The notes: generated by a model from the sequence alone, not told the origin. A stretch of 64,000 nt of DNA from a virus (IMGVR_UViG_3300027991_000002:11208-75207); one strand, 5' to 3'. Positions 9,381 through 17,683 are shown, numbered from the stretch's first letter. Numbers and translations are program-made.

Positions 9381-10067
9381 ATGGGACTCAAAGACAAATC
9401 ACATGAAAAGACAACATTCCTGAATATCGTTCAGGGAGAATTTGCAAAGCGCGTATCCGAAGGAACGCCAAACGCAATACAAAGAGAAATTGAATATGAA
9501 GATGTAAAGAAAACCGTATGGGAAACACGCCACGAATCTCTGTCGGGCATAATCAAAAGTATCGAAATAAAAGAAGATGGAAAGTTTGGCGACCAGCTTC
9601 TCATCAACTTGCAGGACGGAATGGACGTATTTACGGTTTCGCTCGGACTTAGCTCCCGTGAAGCCAAAGGATTCATGCTATGCCTGCCCAACATAGACGT
9701 ATCGGAAGAACTCACTTTATCGCCCTACAATTATGAGCGCAAAAAAGACGGCAAAAAAATGATAGGGCTTGGCATCACCCAAGAATCAACAGGAGTAGGC
9801 GAGTTTAAAAATGTGCCATATTATTACACCAATGAAAACGGATTACCTCATGCTGATGTTGCCCCTGATGAAAAACTTGACAAGGATGAATTTAAAATCC
9901 TGATGGCGCAAATCACAATCTTCCTGAAAAAAGAAACTAAGAAATGGATTGCATTGCATGATGGAAAAGTTGAAGAACAGAAAGCCGTTGTTCCATCAGG
10001 CGGAAGCGAAACTACCGATGACCTCCCATTTAGATTTTCACCAAATCAGTTTAAGTTCAACCTATAA
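9381..10067 (+). CDS. putative single-stranded DNA-binding protein
   Basis: OB-fold-like beta-rich body, acidic flexible tail ending ETTDDLPF (SSB-type), adjacent to an exonuclease. Confidence 0.6.
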   Translation: MGLKDKSHEKTTFLNIVQGEFAKRVSEGTPNAIQREIEYEDVKKTVWETRHESLSGIIKSIEIKEDGKFGDQLLINLQDGMDVFTVSLGLSSREAKGFMLCLPNIDVSEELTLSPYNYERKKDGKKMIGLGITQESTGVGEFKNVPYYYTNENGLPHADVAPDEKLDKDEFKILMAQITIFLKKETKKWIALHDGKVEEQKAVVPSGGSETTDDLPFRFSPNQFKFNL

Positions 10068-10076
10068 ACCTAACCT

Positions 10077-11108
10077 ATGCAAGCAACAGAAACGAATGCC
10101 CTTGTTCAAGTAGTTGAAACAAGCGGACTCGAACAAACTAAAGGGCAAATCCTTTTAGGAATGTTCACCCCATACTTTAACCGTATGGCAGAAATTGAGG
10201 GTAAAATTAATTTGCTCAATAAAGAAAATCCATCTCCTCAAGATGTGAGCGCGGCAAGAGATATTCGTATCTCTCTGATGAAAGAGGTTCGCAAGCCAGC
10301 CGAGCGCGTGAAGGATGAAGGAAAAAAGTCAATCCTTATTGAAGGTCGCCTGTATGACAATCTATACGGAGTGATTAACAACACCTCCAAAGGGCTTGAA
10401 ATGCAATGTGAGCAAATTGAAAAGTTCGCTGAACTTCGAGATTTAAAAATGCGTGAAGAAAGAAAGGTTAAACGAGTAGAGCAACTTTCTCCCTATGTTC
10501 CTGATATTTCATTTTACGATTTACTCAATATGCCTGACGATGCTTTTAACTCATTACTTGCTACTCAAAAAGCAGGACAAGAGGCATTGTTAGCCCAACA
10601 AAAAAGAGAAGAAGAAGAAAGAATCGCAAAGGAAAAAGCTGATGCCGAAGCGCGTGAAGCACAGAGGGTAGAAAATGAACGGCTTAAAGCAGAGGCGGCA
10701 GAAAAGGAAAGGCAACTTGCCGAAGAACGCGCAAAAGTAGAAGCGGAGCGTAAAGCCGCAGAAGAAAAGTTACGCAAGGAAAGAGCCGAAGCCGATGCTA
10801 AAATAAAAGCCGCGCAGGAAGCGCAAGCCAAGGTTGAGGCAGAATTAAAAGCCAAAGCCGATGCAGAAGAAAAAGCGAAGCGTGAAGCCGAAGCAAAAGC
10901 AGCAGCCGAACTAAAAGCACAACAAGCCGCAGAAAAGAAAGCCGCGAAAGCACCTGACAAAGAAAAACTAAATAAATGGATTTCTGATTTTGACTTGCAA
11001 CCGCTTCTCACATTAAAAGATGCTGGCGCAAAACAAATTGAAGAAGATATAGTCAGAAAGTTTTCTGCATTTAAAACATGGGCATTGCAACAAATCGAAA
11101 CGCTATGA
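10077..11108 (+). CDS. coiled-coil protein (343 aa) of the recombination module
   Basis: Long Ala/Glu/Lys-rich helix; lies between SSB-like gene and nuclease. Confidence 0.75.
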   Translation: MQATETNALVQVVETSGLEQTKGQILLGMFTPYFNRMAEIEGKINLLNKENPSPQDVSAARDIRISLMKEVRKPAERVKDEGKKSILIEGRLYDNLYGVINNTSKGLEMQCEQIEKFAELRDLKMREERKVKRVEQLSPYVPDISFYDLLNMPDDAFNSLLATQKAGQEALLAQQKREEEERIAKEKADAEAREAQRVENERLKAEAAEKERQLAEERAKVEAERKAAEEKLRKERAEADAKIKAAQEAQAKVEAELKAKADAEEKAKREAEAKAAAELKAQQAAEKKAAKAPDKEKLNKWISDFDLQPLLTLKDAGAKQIEEDIVRKFSAFKTWALQQIETL

Positions 11109-12115
11109 ACACAAAAGATTTTGAAGAAGTAAAAACCGTTTGGACGGATGACATTATCATTCACAAACAGCCGTATACCGTTTACAGAATAAAAGTTGGC
11201 GGAGGAAGAATTTACTATACGCTGGATGCAGACAATAATCCTACGTTCTATATTTCGCTCACCACCCTTACCAAGCATACGCTCCCAACGGGAGAACAAT
11301 TAATAAAATGGATTGCTCAAACAGGGTACTATGAGTCTAAGAGATATATGAACGAAAGAGCAAACTACGGTACTTTAATGCACATGGCAATCGGACAATT
11401 CCTTATCTTAAAGTTTTGGAACTTTGAACAGTCCGAAGATTTTATTACCAACACTATTCAAGATGGGGCTATTGATGCTATTGAACCCGATAAGTATAAT
11501 GATGACCTGAATCGTGACGTTGCCGCATTCGCTCAATTTTGTGTAGAGCATAAAGTAAGACCATTGGCAATAGAACTTGTACTTGTATCTAATAAAGGGT
11601 ACGCTACTTTAATTGACCTTGTGTGCAGAATGACTATTGAGGAGAAAGGGTACTTTGGAGAAACGTACAAGTCAGGAGTACAAAAAGGAAATCCGAAAGA
11701 ATCAAAACGCGAAAAAGAAATCACCGCGCTGTTAAACTTTAAATCAGGCAAGAAAGGATTTTATGAGGAGAACGAAATTCAACTTGAGTTTGAAAAGAAA
11801 TTGTTTGAAGAAAATTATCCTGAAATAAAAATTGACAAGATATTTAATTGGTCGCCTAAAGATTGGAACAACTCACCAACATATAATCTGAAAGACCAAT
11901 CTGATTCATTGAACAAAGAAAAGGCAGATGCCCTACTTGCTATTGCCGCGATTGAGCTTATGAAAAAAACTCCGATGGAAAGAAAGTTAGTAGGCACACT
12001 TTCGCTTGGTCAAACTCCGCAAATTGAAGACAAAACTATTTATGATATTGTCAGGGAGCGAGCCGCGAAAAGGCACGTAGAGAATGTTCCGAAGAAAGAA
12101 GAAATGGCAATTTGA
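11105..12115 (+). CDS. PD-(D/E)XK (Cas4/RecB-like) exonuclease
   Basis: YGTLMH, ELVLVS-x-KGYATLIDLV, LNFKSG, EIQL motifs; start moved to ATG 11105 (ATGA overlap). Confidence 0.75.
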   Translation: MNTKDFEEVKTVWTDDIIIHKQPYTVYRIKVGGGRIYYTLDADNNPTFYISLTTLTKHTLPTGEQLIKWIAQTGYYESKRYMNERANYGTLMHMAIGQFLILKFWNFEQSEDFITNTIQDGAIDAIEPDKYNDDLNRDVAAFAQFCVEHKVRPLAIELVLVSNKGYATLIDLVCRMTIEEKGYFGETYKSGVQKGNPKESKREKEITALLNFKSGKKGFYEENEIQLEFEKKLFEENYPEIKIDKIFNWSPKDWNNSPTYNLKDQSDSLNKEKADALLAIAAIELMKKTPMERKLVGTLSLGQTPQIEDKTIYDIVRERAAKRHVENVPKKEEMAI

Positions 12116-12148
12116 AACAGTTGAATAGCCCCTCATGTAAACCAATAG

Positions 12149-12238
12149 ATAGAACGAAGAAGCACTAACGAATGTAAAATTTTTGCCATTGAAAACAGAC
12201 AGATTAAAAATTTTATTTCGCTTTGTGCTGTGTTATGC
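12149..12238. repeat. attC-like site A (90 bp)
   Basis: AAC gaaga AGCACTAACGAATGTAAAATTTTT ... AAAAATTTTATTTCGCTTTGTGCT gt GTT. Confidence 0.75.
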
Positions 12239-12324
12239 GAGTGCGCATGGATTTTATGCGGTGGGGTTCGTTCTTTTTTCTGTTTTCAATTTTTAGCGTT
12301 GGCATTAATTAAACAATCATAAAT

Positions 12325-12741
12325 ATGAAAAGGCAACAAACAATAGTATCGGAAAAAGAAATCCTGAAACTCGGTGGAGTTGATAAGGGATATAAATTTG
12401 AACGCACCAAGCATGAACATGGGGATAGAGAAAAAATATTCTATAAGCAATGGAAGAAGGAAAATAAGCAGTTACGATGGCTAAACTTCGGGCAGGGAAT
12501 ATTGCAGGATTTATTTGCCATTACTGGTAATAATCCTTTCAACTTTATGAGGGGAGGATTGATAGGTTGGAAATTAATAATCAACAGGAGGGATAGATAC
12601 ATTGTGGCAACAGTGATGCAATGGCTCGGAACAAATTGCGGTTGGTGCTGGCTTGAAGAAACACTTAGGAAGTGCGGGTACAGATTAGAAAAAATTGAGC
12701 GGGAGGAAAAAATTGAAAACAGAAAAAAGAATGTCGCATAA
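12325..12741 (+). CDS. cassette cargo, hypothetical protein (138 aa)
   Basis: Stop TAA lies inside TCGCATAAC of site B; VATVMQWLGTNCG motif. Confidence 0.8.
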   Translation: MKRQQTIVSEKEILKLGGVDKGYKFERTKHEHGDREKIFYKQWKKENKQLRWLNFGQGILQDLFAITGNNPFNFMRGGLIGWKLIINRRDRYIVATVMQWLGTNCGWCWLEETLRKCGYRLEKIEREEKIENRKKNVA

Positions 12742-12793
12742 CGGCAAACGCTTTATGCCGTTATTTTCAATGGCATTAAAGCGTATGTTCTAT
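12736..12793. repeat. attC-like site B (58 bp)
   Basis: AAC ggcaa ACGCTTT-ATGCC loop GGCATTAAAGCGT at GTT; one extrahelical base. Confidence 0.85.
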
Positions 12794-12818
12794 TTAGGTT
12801 TTTAAAATTCTTTGAGCG

Positions 12819-13031
12819 ATGGCAAACAAAATATGCAGAATAACAATATTAGCTTTCATGTTCGGAGATATACCGAAAGGAATTGAGAACGGATATGATG
12901 ATTGGGACTTAGAAAACGGAATACAATATTGTGAAGAATTGATGCGCTATGAAGGAATGACACATGAACCGATGGATAAGTTTGAGTTGAAGAAATATAT
13001 TGAATGGGCAAAACAGAAATTGAAAGAGTGA
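12819..13031 (+). CDS. cassette cargo, hypothetical protein (70 aa)
   Basis: ORF track; between sites B and C. Confidence 0.7.
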   Translation: MANKICRITILAFMFGDIPKGIENGYDDWDLENGIQYCEELMRYEGMTHEPMDKFELKKYIEWAKQKLKE

Positions 13032-13054
13032 GTGTGGCAATTTTAAAAACTTGA

Positions 13055-13391
13055 ATAGAACGTTGCTCGGATTGAAGAATGTAAATTAAAATTATAGCGA
13101 TGCACAAGAACAGAACAGCAAACGGATTAAGGTTGCAAGAGCAACATAACCAACGTTACAAGAAAATGTTGATAGGAAAAAAAGCGAAGGACGGGCGAAC
13201 GGTTATTAACACAGAATGGATTGGAAACAGCACATACGGATGTGTTCGATTATTTTTCGATAATCAAACCGATGATTTATGTAGTAGTACAATGGGATTT
13301 AAACCGACAAGAGAGGATTTTACAGACAGGTACGGAATTACATGGTGAGCGATGGCAATTTTAATTTATTTCTTTCAATCTGGTGTTAGTT
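13055..13391. repeat. attC-like site C (337 bp, gene in loop)
   Basis: GATTGAA-GAATGTAAATTAAAATT pairs with AATTTTAATTTATTTCTTTCAATC (13358-13380). Confidence 0.8.
13100..13348 (+). CDS. hypothetical protein inside attC C loop (82 aa)
   Basis: ORF track; bracketed by AGCGATG motifs. Confidence 0.7.
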   Translation: MHKNRTANGLRLQEQHNQRYKKMLIGKKAKDGRTVINTEWIGNSTYGCVRLFFDNQTDDLCSSTMGFKPTREDFTDRYGITW

Positions 13392-13421
13392 TTAGTTTTT
13401 AACAGGCAAACAAAATAGAAA

Positions 13422-13613
13422 ATGGAAAAGTTATCAGACAAAGCAGAAAAGAGAATTAAGAAAATCTATCCTGATGCGAGGGCAGAGAGGGATGGCGCAA
13501 TGTTCTTTATAGTAACTGACTTACTTAAAGGAGAGGACAGAACTTTAGGTGGTGGATTTAGCAGAGATGGCGCGTGGTGTAGCGCGGGTTGCTCTGTGCC
13601 TGTTAAAAATTGA
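13422..13613 (+). CDS. cassette cargo, hypothetical protein (63 aa)
   Basis: ORF track; ends in the outer arm of site D. Confidence 0.7.
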   Translation: MEKLSDKAEKRIKKIYPDARAERDGAMFFIVTDLLKGEDRTLGGGFSRDGAWCSAGCSVPVKN

Positions 13614-13959
13614 AACTAACGAGGAAGGATTTGTGAAGTAAAATTTTCGATTAAAAACTATAACCTTTAAAAACAGAAAAGCGATGGAAGTAAAAGGATT
13701 TTATATCAGAAGCAATGGCGACCCTTCGGTTGGTATATTCTCTGCTCAATGGGAATTGCGAAATGACTTCGTATTTGACGACATAGAAGATTTGGAATAT
13801 TTCAGGTCGGGGCTTGCGCGTTTGCTCGGTGAGCATTGCGGGGAGAGGTGCTATGTGCAAACTTTTGAGGAGTGGGCTGAACAAATTAAATTAGAAGAAA
13901 AAATGTGTAGTGACGCACAGAAGGAAGAAAATTTTATTTCATCAAATCCTGTGTTGTCG
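13614..13959. repeat. attC-like site D (346 bp)
   Basis: GGATTTG-TGAAGTAAAATTTT pairs with AAAATTTTATTTCATCAAATCC (13928-13949), then tgt GTT at 13953. Confidence 0.8.
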
Positions 13960-14046
13960 GATAGTTTGCCTTTTGATTTAGCAAGTCATCCTGACACAGA
14001 AGCTGACGGACATGTATTCTGCGGTAAATGTGGAAAAGAAAAGTGA
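13684..14046 (+). CDS. hypothetical protein reading through the attC D arm (120 aa)
   Basis: Peptide ENFISSNPVLSDSL is the attC arm; C-terminal CxxC. Confidence 0.7.
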   Translation: MEVKGFYIRSNGDPSVGIFSAQWELRNDFVFDDIEDLEYFRSGLARLLGEHCGERCYVQTFEEWAEQIKLEEKMCSDAQKEENFISSNPVLSDSLPFDLASHPDTEADGHVFCGKCGKEK

Positions 14047-14056
14047 GGCAAATTTC

Positions 14057-14588
14057 CGACAACGGGAAGGGGATTGAAGAATGTATTTTAATTTTTTAGC
14101 ATGGGCAAACTAATGGTAACACCAATATTCCAAAACGAAGCGTTCGCGTTCATCGAACAACACCACAGGCATCATAGAAAGCCAGTAGGCAGCGTGTTTC
14201 AGATTGCAGTGAGCGAGGGTGAGCGTGTGGCAGGGGTGGCGGTTGTTGGCAGACCAAACGGACGAAAACAGCAGGACGGATTTACATTAGAAGTTACACG
14301 GCTATGCACAGACGGAACTAAAAATGCCTGCTCAATGCTTTATGCAGCTTGCTGGAGAGCAGCCAAAGAATTAGGTTATCGAAAACTGATTACATACATA
14401 CTGAACACTGAGCCGGGGACATCATTAAAAGCAAGCGGGTGGAGATGCGTTGGGGAGCGCGGTGGCGGGAGTTGGAACGTACCGAGCCGCCCCCGTGTTG
14501 ACAAACATCCGTTGCAGAAAAAATTGTTATTTGAAATCGAGTAGCGCGATGGGAAAATTAAAATATTTCTTTCAATCCCATGTTGTTG
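14057..14588. repeat. attC-like site E (532 bp, gene in loop)
   Basis: GGGATTGAA-GAATGTATTTTAATTTT pairs with AAAATTAAAATATTTCTTTCAATCCC, then at GTT at 14582. Confidence 0.8.
14101..14544 (+). CDS. XF1762-family (Mom-like GNAT-fold) protein
   Basis: FIEQHHRHH, GVAVVGRP, TLEVTRLCTDGTKNACSMLY, LITYIL, GTSLKASGW motifs. Confidence 0.8.
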   Translation: MGKLMVTPIFQNEAFAFIEQHHRHHRKPVGSVFQIAVSEGERVAGVAVVGRPNGRKQQDGFTLEVTRLCTDGTKNACSMLYAACWRAAKELGYRKLITYILNTEPGTSLKASGWRCVGERGGGSWNVPSRPRVDKHPLQKKLLFEIE

Positions 14589-14621
14589 GCAGCGTAGCTG
14601 AGTTTGCTTTTCGCAAATTGC

Positions 14622-14831
14622 CAACAACGTCACGCAGGATTTATGAAGGATTTTTTACGATTTTAAAACCAACAAATATGAAAACACCAAAAGAAATTTT
14701 AGAAGGAAAACAAGCATTCAAAGATTTCCTGTATAAAGCACCCGACTGGATTAGGGAAGACATTATTGCAGCAATGATGGAATACGCATTGGAGCAAGTA
14801 AAAAATCTTTCATTAAATCCTGTTGTTGTTG
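14622..14831. repeat. attC-like site F (210 bp)
   Basis: AGGATTT-ATGAAGGATTTTTTAC pairs with GTAAAAAATCTTTCATTAAATCCT, then gtt GTT at 14825. Confidence 0.8.
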
Positions 14832-14938
14832 GGCGCAGCGAACAGTTAAAATCTGACTTGTACAAATTCAGGGATATGTATTGTCAAAATATTGACTTAG
14901 CTACCATAGATGAATATGTTGACGGCTTAGGATTTTAA
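14678..14938 (+). CDS. hypothetical protein reading through the attC F arm (86 aa)
   Basis: Start moved to ATG 14678 (A-rich context); VKNLSLNPVVVGRSEQL is encoded by the arm. Confidence 0.65.
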   Translation: MKTPKEILEGKQAFKDFLYKAPDWIREDIIAAMMEYALEQVKNLSLNPVVVGRSEQLKSDLYKFRDMYCQNIDLATIDEYVDGLGF

Positions 14939-14942
14939 TTGC

Positions 14943-15073
14943 CAACAACGTTCATCGGATTTATTCTCGTTGCATTAAATGATAAAAACTTAAACCATAA
15001 ATAAAACTCATTATGAAAAACAAACCTACGATTAAAAAGAAAGCCAGCAATGGAATGAAATCCGTTGTTCATG
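14943..15073. repeat. attC-like site G (131 bp)
   Basis: GGATTT-ATTCTCGTTGC pairs with GCAATGGAATGAAATCC, then gtt GTT at 15067. Confidence 0.7.
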
Positions 15074-15333
15074 GCAGTGCGGATAAATGGTCAAAAATTA
15101 AGTGGAGCAAAAAAGTTTTGCAAAAAGCGCAGGAAAATCATATCTGGTTGAACGCTTTTGATTGCGTAAGACCGACACCTGCATTCTGCGAAAGTCTTGG
15201 TAGGTCAATCATCAATAAATTACGGGATGAAGAAAATTTAATCCCGATGAGTGGCATTACATCGGATGTTGAAGCGATGCGAGAGATTGCAAAACTTACC
15301 CCGATAATGTACATGAGCATTAACAAGAGCTAA
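15013..15333 (+). CDS. hypothetical protein reading through the attC G arm (106 aa)
   Basis: ASNGMKSVVHGSA is encoded by the arm. Confidence 0.65.
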   Translation: MKNKPTIKKKASNGMKSVVHGSADKWSKIKWSKKVLQKAQENHIWLNAFDCVRPTPAFCESLGRSIINKLRDEENLIPMSGITSDVEAMREIAKLTPIMYMSINKS

Positions 15334-15347
15334 GATGTGAGCATTGC

Positions 15348-15404
15348 CATGAACGGTAGAGATTGTTGCCGTTAATTTCAATGGCATACAATCTAATGTT
15401 ATCT
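15348..15404. repeat. attC-like site H (57 bp)
   Basis: AGATTGT-TGCC gttaatttcaat GGCATACAATCT; loop nearly identical to that of site B. Confidence 0.85.
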
Positions 15405-15436
15405 GCCGTTTTGGATTAACTAAATAAATATAAATT

Positions 15437-15742
15437 ATGAAAGCAAAAGAGTATGCACAAAGGGTAACAAGTACAGAAAATGTTCAAGATGCAATGACTG
15501 AGCTTGGCAAATGCGGAAAAGATTTTTTCAACGAATTTATCGCAATGAGAAAATCACGTAACATAAAAACCGATGATGGATTATTAACGCTGGTGAAAGA
15601 GTTCGATAATAAATTCAGAACATTTTCTGTACTTGTGGATTCACACTACAAAGGGATGGTTAAACCAAATGGATTCATTGAACTGCTTCGGGAGTTTGTT
15701 CCTGTACTTGCTAATGAATATGAAAGGAAAAATGGCAGATAA
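15437..15742 (+). CDS. cassette cargo, hypothetical protein (101 aa)
   Basis: Stop TAA lies inside GCAGATAAC of site I. Confidence 0.75.
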   Translation: MKAKEYAQRVTSTENVQDAMTELGKCGKDFFNEFIAMRKSRNIKTDDGLLTLVKEFDNKFRTFSVLVDSHYKGMVKPNGFIELLREFVPVLANEYERKNGR

Positions 15743-16571
15743 CGGTTACGGCTTTAAGCAGTGGGGATTATTAGCACAAATGTTCAATCGAAGCGATAAA
15801 AAAAATAAAGAAAAATTTTTAGGGAGGCATTTTTAATTTAATCATTTAATCATAAATAAAACAAAATGGAAAAAGTAACAAACACAGCAAAGAACCCACG
15901 ACTTGAATGGTTGATGGGTGGAAATCCTAATGCTATTGAAGCACAGGAAGTGCAAGGACAAAAGGAACTTGTGAAATCATCACAACTACCAGCGAAAGTA
16001 AATTCGCCAAGAGGAGTGAACATTGAGGAGCAATACGCCTTGATGGGAATAAAAGTAATTGGCAAAACCAAAGGAGATGAATTATTCCTTGATGTGGAAT
16101 TGCCAAATGGGTGGAAGAAGGAAGCAACCGACCATTCAATGTGGAATAAATTGGTTGATGATAAAGGAAGGGAAAGGGCAAGTTTCTTTTACAAAGCTGC
16201 ATTTTATGACCGAGATGCTTTTGTGAATTTTAGCACACGGTATAATTGGAATGCCAATTACGAGGATAAGGACAATGTGAGCTACTTTGTAAAAGATAAC
16301 TCCATAGGTGAAATTGTATTTGAAACAGAAAAGATGAGTAAAGATGTAAAACAGCCGAACTACTTTAAAATACAGGATGAGTTACAAAACCAATGTAAAC
16401 AATTTCTGAAAGACAAGTTCCCTGAACACGAAAACATAAATGCTTATTGGAATTAAATCATTTAATCATTAAGAGCGTGGGCAAAAATTTTTCTTTATTT
16501 TTTTTCGTTCATATCAGCACGAACTTAAATATGGAGCGATACACCCCATTGCTTTAAAGCCGATGTTATGC
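15737..16571. repeat. attC-like site I (835 bp, gene in loop)
   Basis: CGGCTTT-AAGCAGTGGGG / CCCCATTGCTTTAAAGCCG plus AAAAAAAATAAAGAAAAATTTTT / AAAAATTTTTCTTTATTTTTTTT. Confidence 0.85.
15866..16456 (+). CDS. conserved phage protein inside attC I loop (196 aa)
   Basis: NPNAIEAQEVQGQKELV, LPNGWKKEATDHSMW, GRERASFFYKAAFYDRDA motifs. Confidence 0.85.
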   Translation: MEKVTNTAKNPRLEWLMGGNPNAIEAQEVQGQKELVKSSQLPAKVNSPRGVNIEEQYALMGIKVIGKTKGDELFLDVELPNGWKKEATDHSMWNKLVDDKGRERASFFYKAAFYDRDAFVNFSTRYNWNANYEDKDNVSYFVKDNSIGEIVFETEKMSKDVKQPNYFKIQDELQNQCKQFLKDKFPEHENINAYWN

Positions 16572-16733
16572 GAAGTTGCCAATACCAAATTCAAAAAGAC
16601 AAAAAACTCATTGGCAATTTTGCATAACGTTCGAGGATAAACGAAGTGCATGAGTAACCGAAAAATTAACTGAACAGCAAGTAAGAAATTTTAATAAAAA
16701 TATTTTTAGGGAGGGAATTTAAAAAACAACATT

Positions 16734-16892
16734 ATGAAAATAAACTTTGATGTGAACCTGCCGGATTGGTTTGTAATAACCGGACTTACTGTTTTTACAG
16801 TTTGGATGATTCTTGACATAATAAAAAACTGGCTCAAACTTATCATTTGGAATTATGAGAGGAAAATTAAAAAAATGGAAAACGAAAAGTAA
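16734..16892 (+). CDS. small membrane protein inside attC J loop (52 aa)
   Basis: Translated by hand; one hydrophobic helix; TAATG coupling to next gene. Confidence 0.6.
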   Translation: MKINFDVNLPDWFVITGLTVFTVWMILDIIKNWLKLIIWNYERKIKKMENEK

Positions 16893-17317
16893 TGGCAATC
16901 TTAAACTATACAACCTCCATTGATTCTGAAAAGACAATCGGAGAGATTCAAAAATGCTTAGTGAAGCACGGGGCAATGAAAATCACCACTGATTATCAGA
17001 ACGGGATTCCATGCGCTGTTACTTTCTGCCTAATCATCAAAGAGAATATGGTTGGGTTTGCATTGCCAGCAAATTATTCAGGCGTTCTCAGGGCAATGAA
17101 GCGAGATGGAAAAGTTCCGCGCTCAAAATGCACAGAGGAGCAGGCAATAAAAGTTTCATGGAGAATAGTGAAAGACTGGGTTGAAGCGCAGATGGCAATA
17201 GTTGAAGCTGAACTTGCACAGATGGCGGAAGTGTTTTTGCCGTATGCAGTTACAAAGAATGGAAACACTCTTTGGAAACAGATGGAAGGAAACGGAATGT
17301 TATTACTTAACTCTTAA
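16892..17317 (+). CDS. conserved phage protein inside attC J loop (141 aa)
   Basis: NYTTSI..EKTIGEIQ..L..HGA, VSWRIVKDWVEAQMA, EVFLPY motifs. Confidence 0.85.
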   Translation: MAILNYTTSIDSEKTIGEIQKCLVKHGAMKITTDYQNGIPCAVTFCLIIKENMVGFALPANYSGVLRAMKRDGKVPRSKCTEEQAIKVSWRIVKDWVEAQMAIVEAELAQMAEVFLPYAVTKNGNTLWKQMEGNGMLLLNS

Positions 17318-17485
17318 CCTTTTTACAATTTGAAAAATTGTGATGAGCGTAGGCAAAATATTTTTATTAAAATTTCTCTAACCGTAATTGACAGTACAGA
17401 TGGAAGCATTTCGTTTATCCTTTGTTATCAGATGAAAAATTATCCCTTTTGAGCGCGGGATGCTCGTAATTTAATAATTACAAAA

Positions 17486-17683
17486 ATGAAAACATGGGAA
17501 TATAAAATTAATAGCGTAAATGAATATGATGCTTTTGAAAATGTTGGCGGCTCGGTTGCCGAAAGAATTTTAGATGGAGCGTCAAAAGACGGATGGGAAT
17601 TAGTGTCTGTTGTCGGAATAAACACAATGGTAATTTTTTACTTTAAAAGAGAATTAAATAATGGAGGTGCGGTGGCGGGATAA
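17486..17683 (+). CDS. DUF4177-like small protein (cassette cargo)
   Basis: MKTWEYK ... DGWELVSV ... FYFKRE signature. Confidence 0.8.
   Translation: MKTWEYKINSVNEYDAFENVGGSVAERILDGASKDGWELVSVVGINTMVIFYFKRELNNGGAVAG

Larger units (their letters stand above)
16622..17430. repeat. attC-like site J (809 bp, two genes in loop)
   Basis: AGGATAAACGAAGTGC / GCATTTCGTTTATCCT plus a perfect 23-bp AGAAATTTTAATAAAAATATTTT inverted repeat. Confidence 0.85.

Noticed and set aside
10565-11299. 244-aa minus-strand ORF
   Set aside because: Antisense shadow of the Ala/Glu/Lys-rich coiled-coil gene
14450-14677. Long 162-aa version of the ORF ending at 14938
   Set aside because: The upstream part overlaps the XF1762 gene and runs through two hairpin arms; ATG 14678 has the typical A-rich start context
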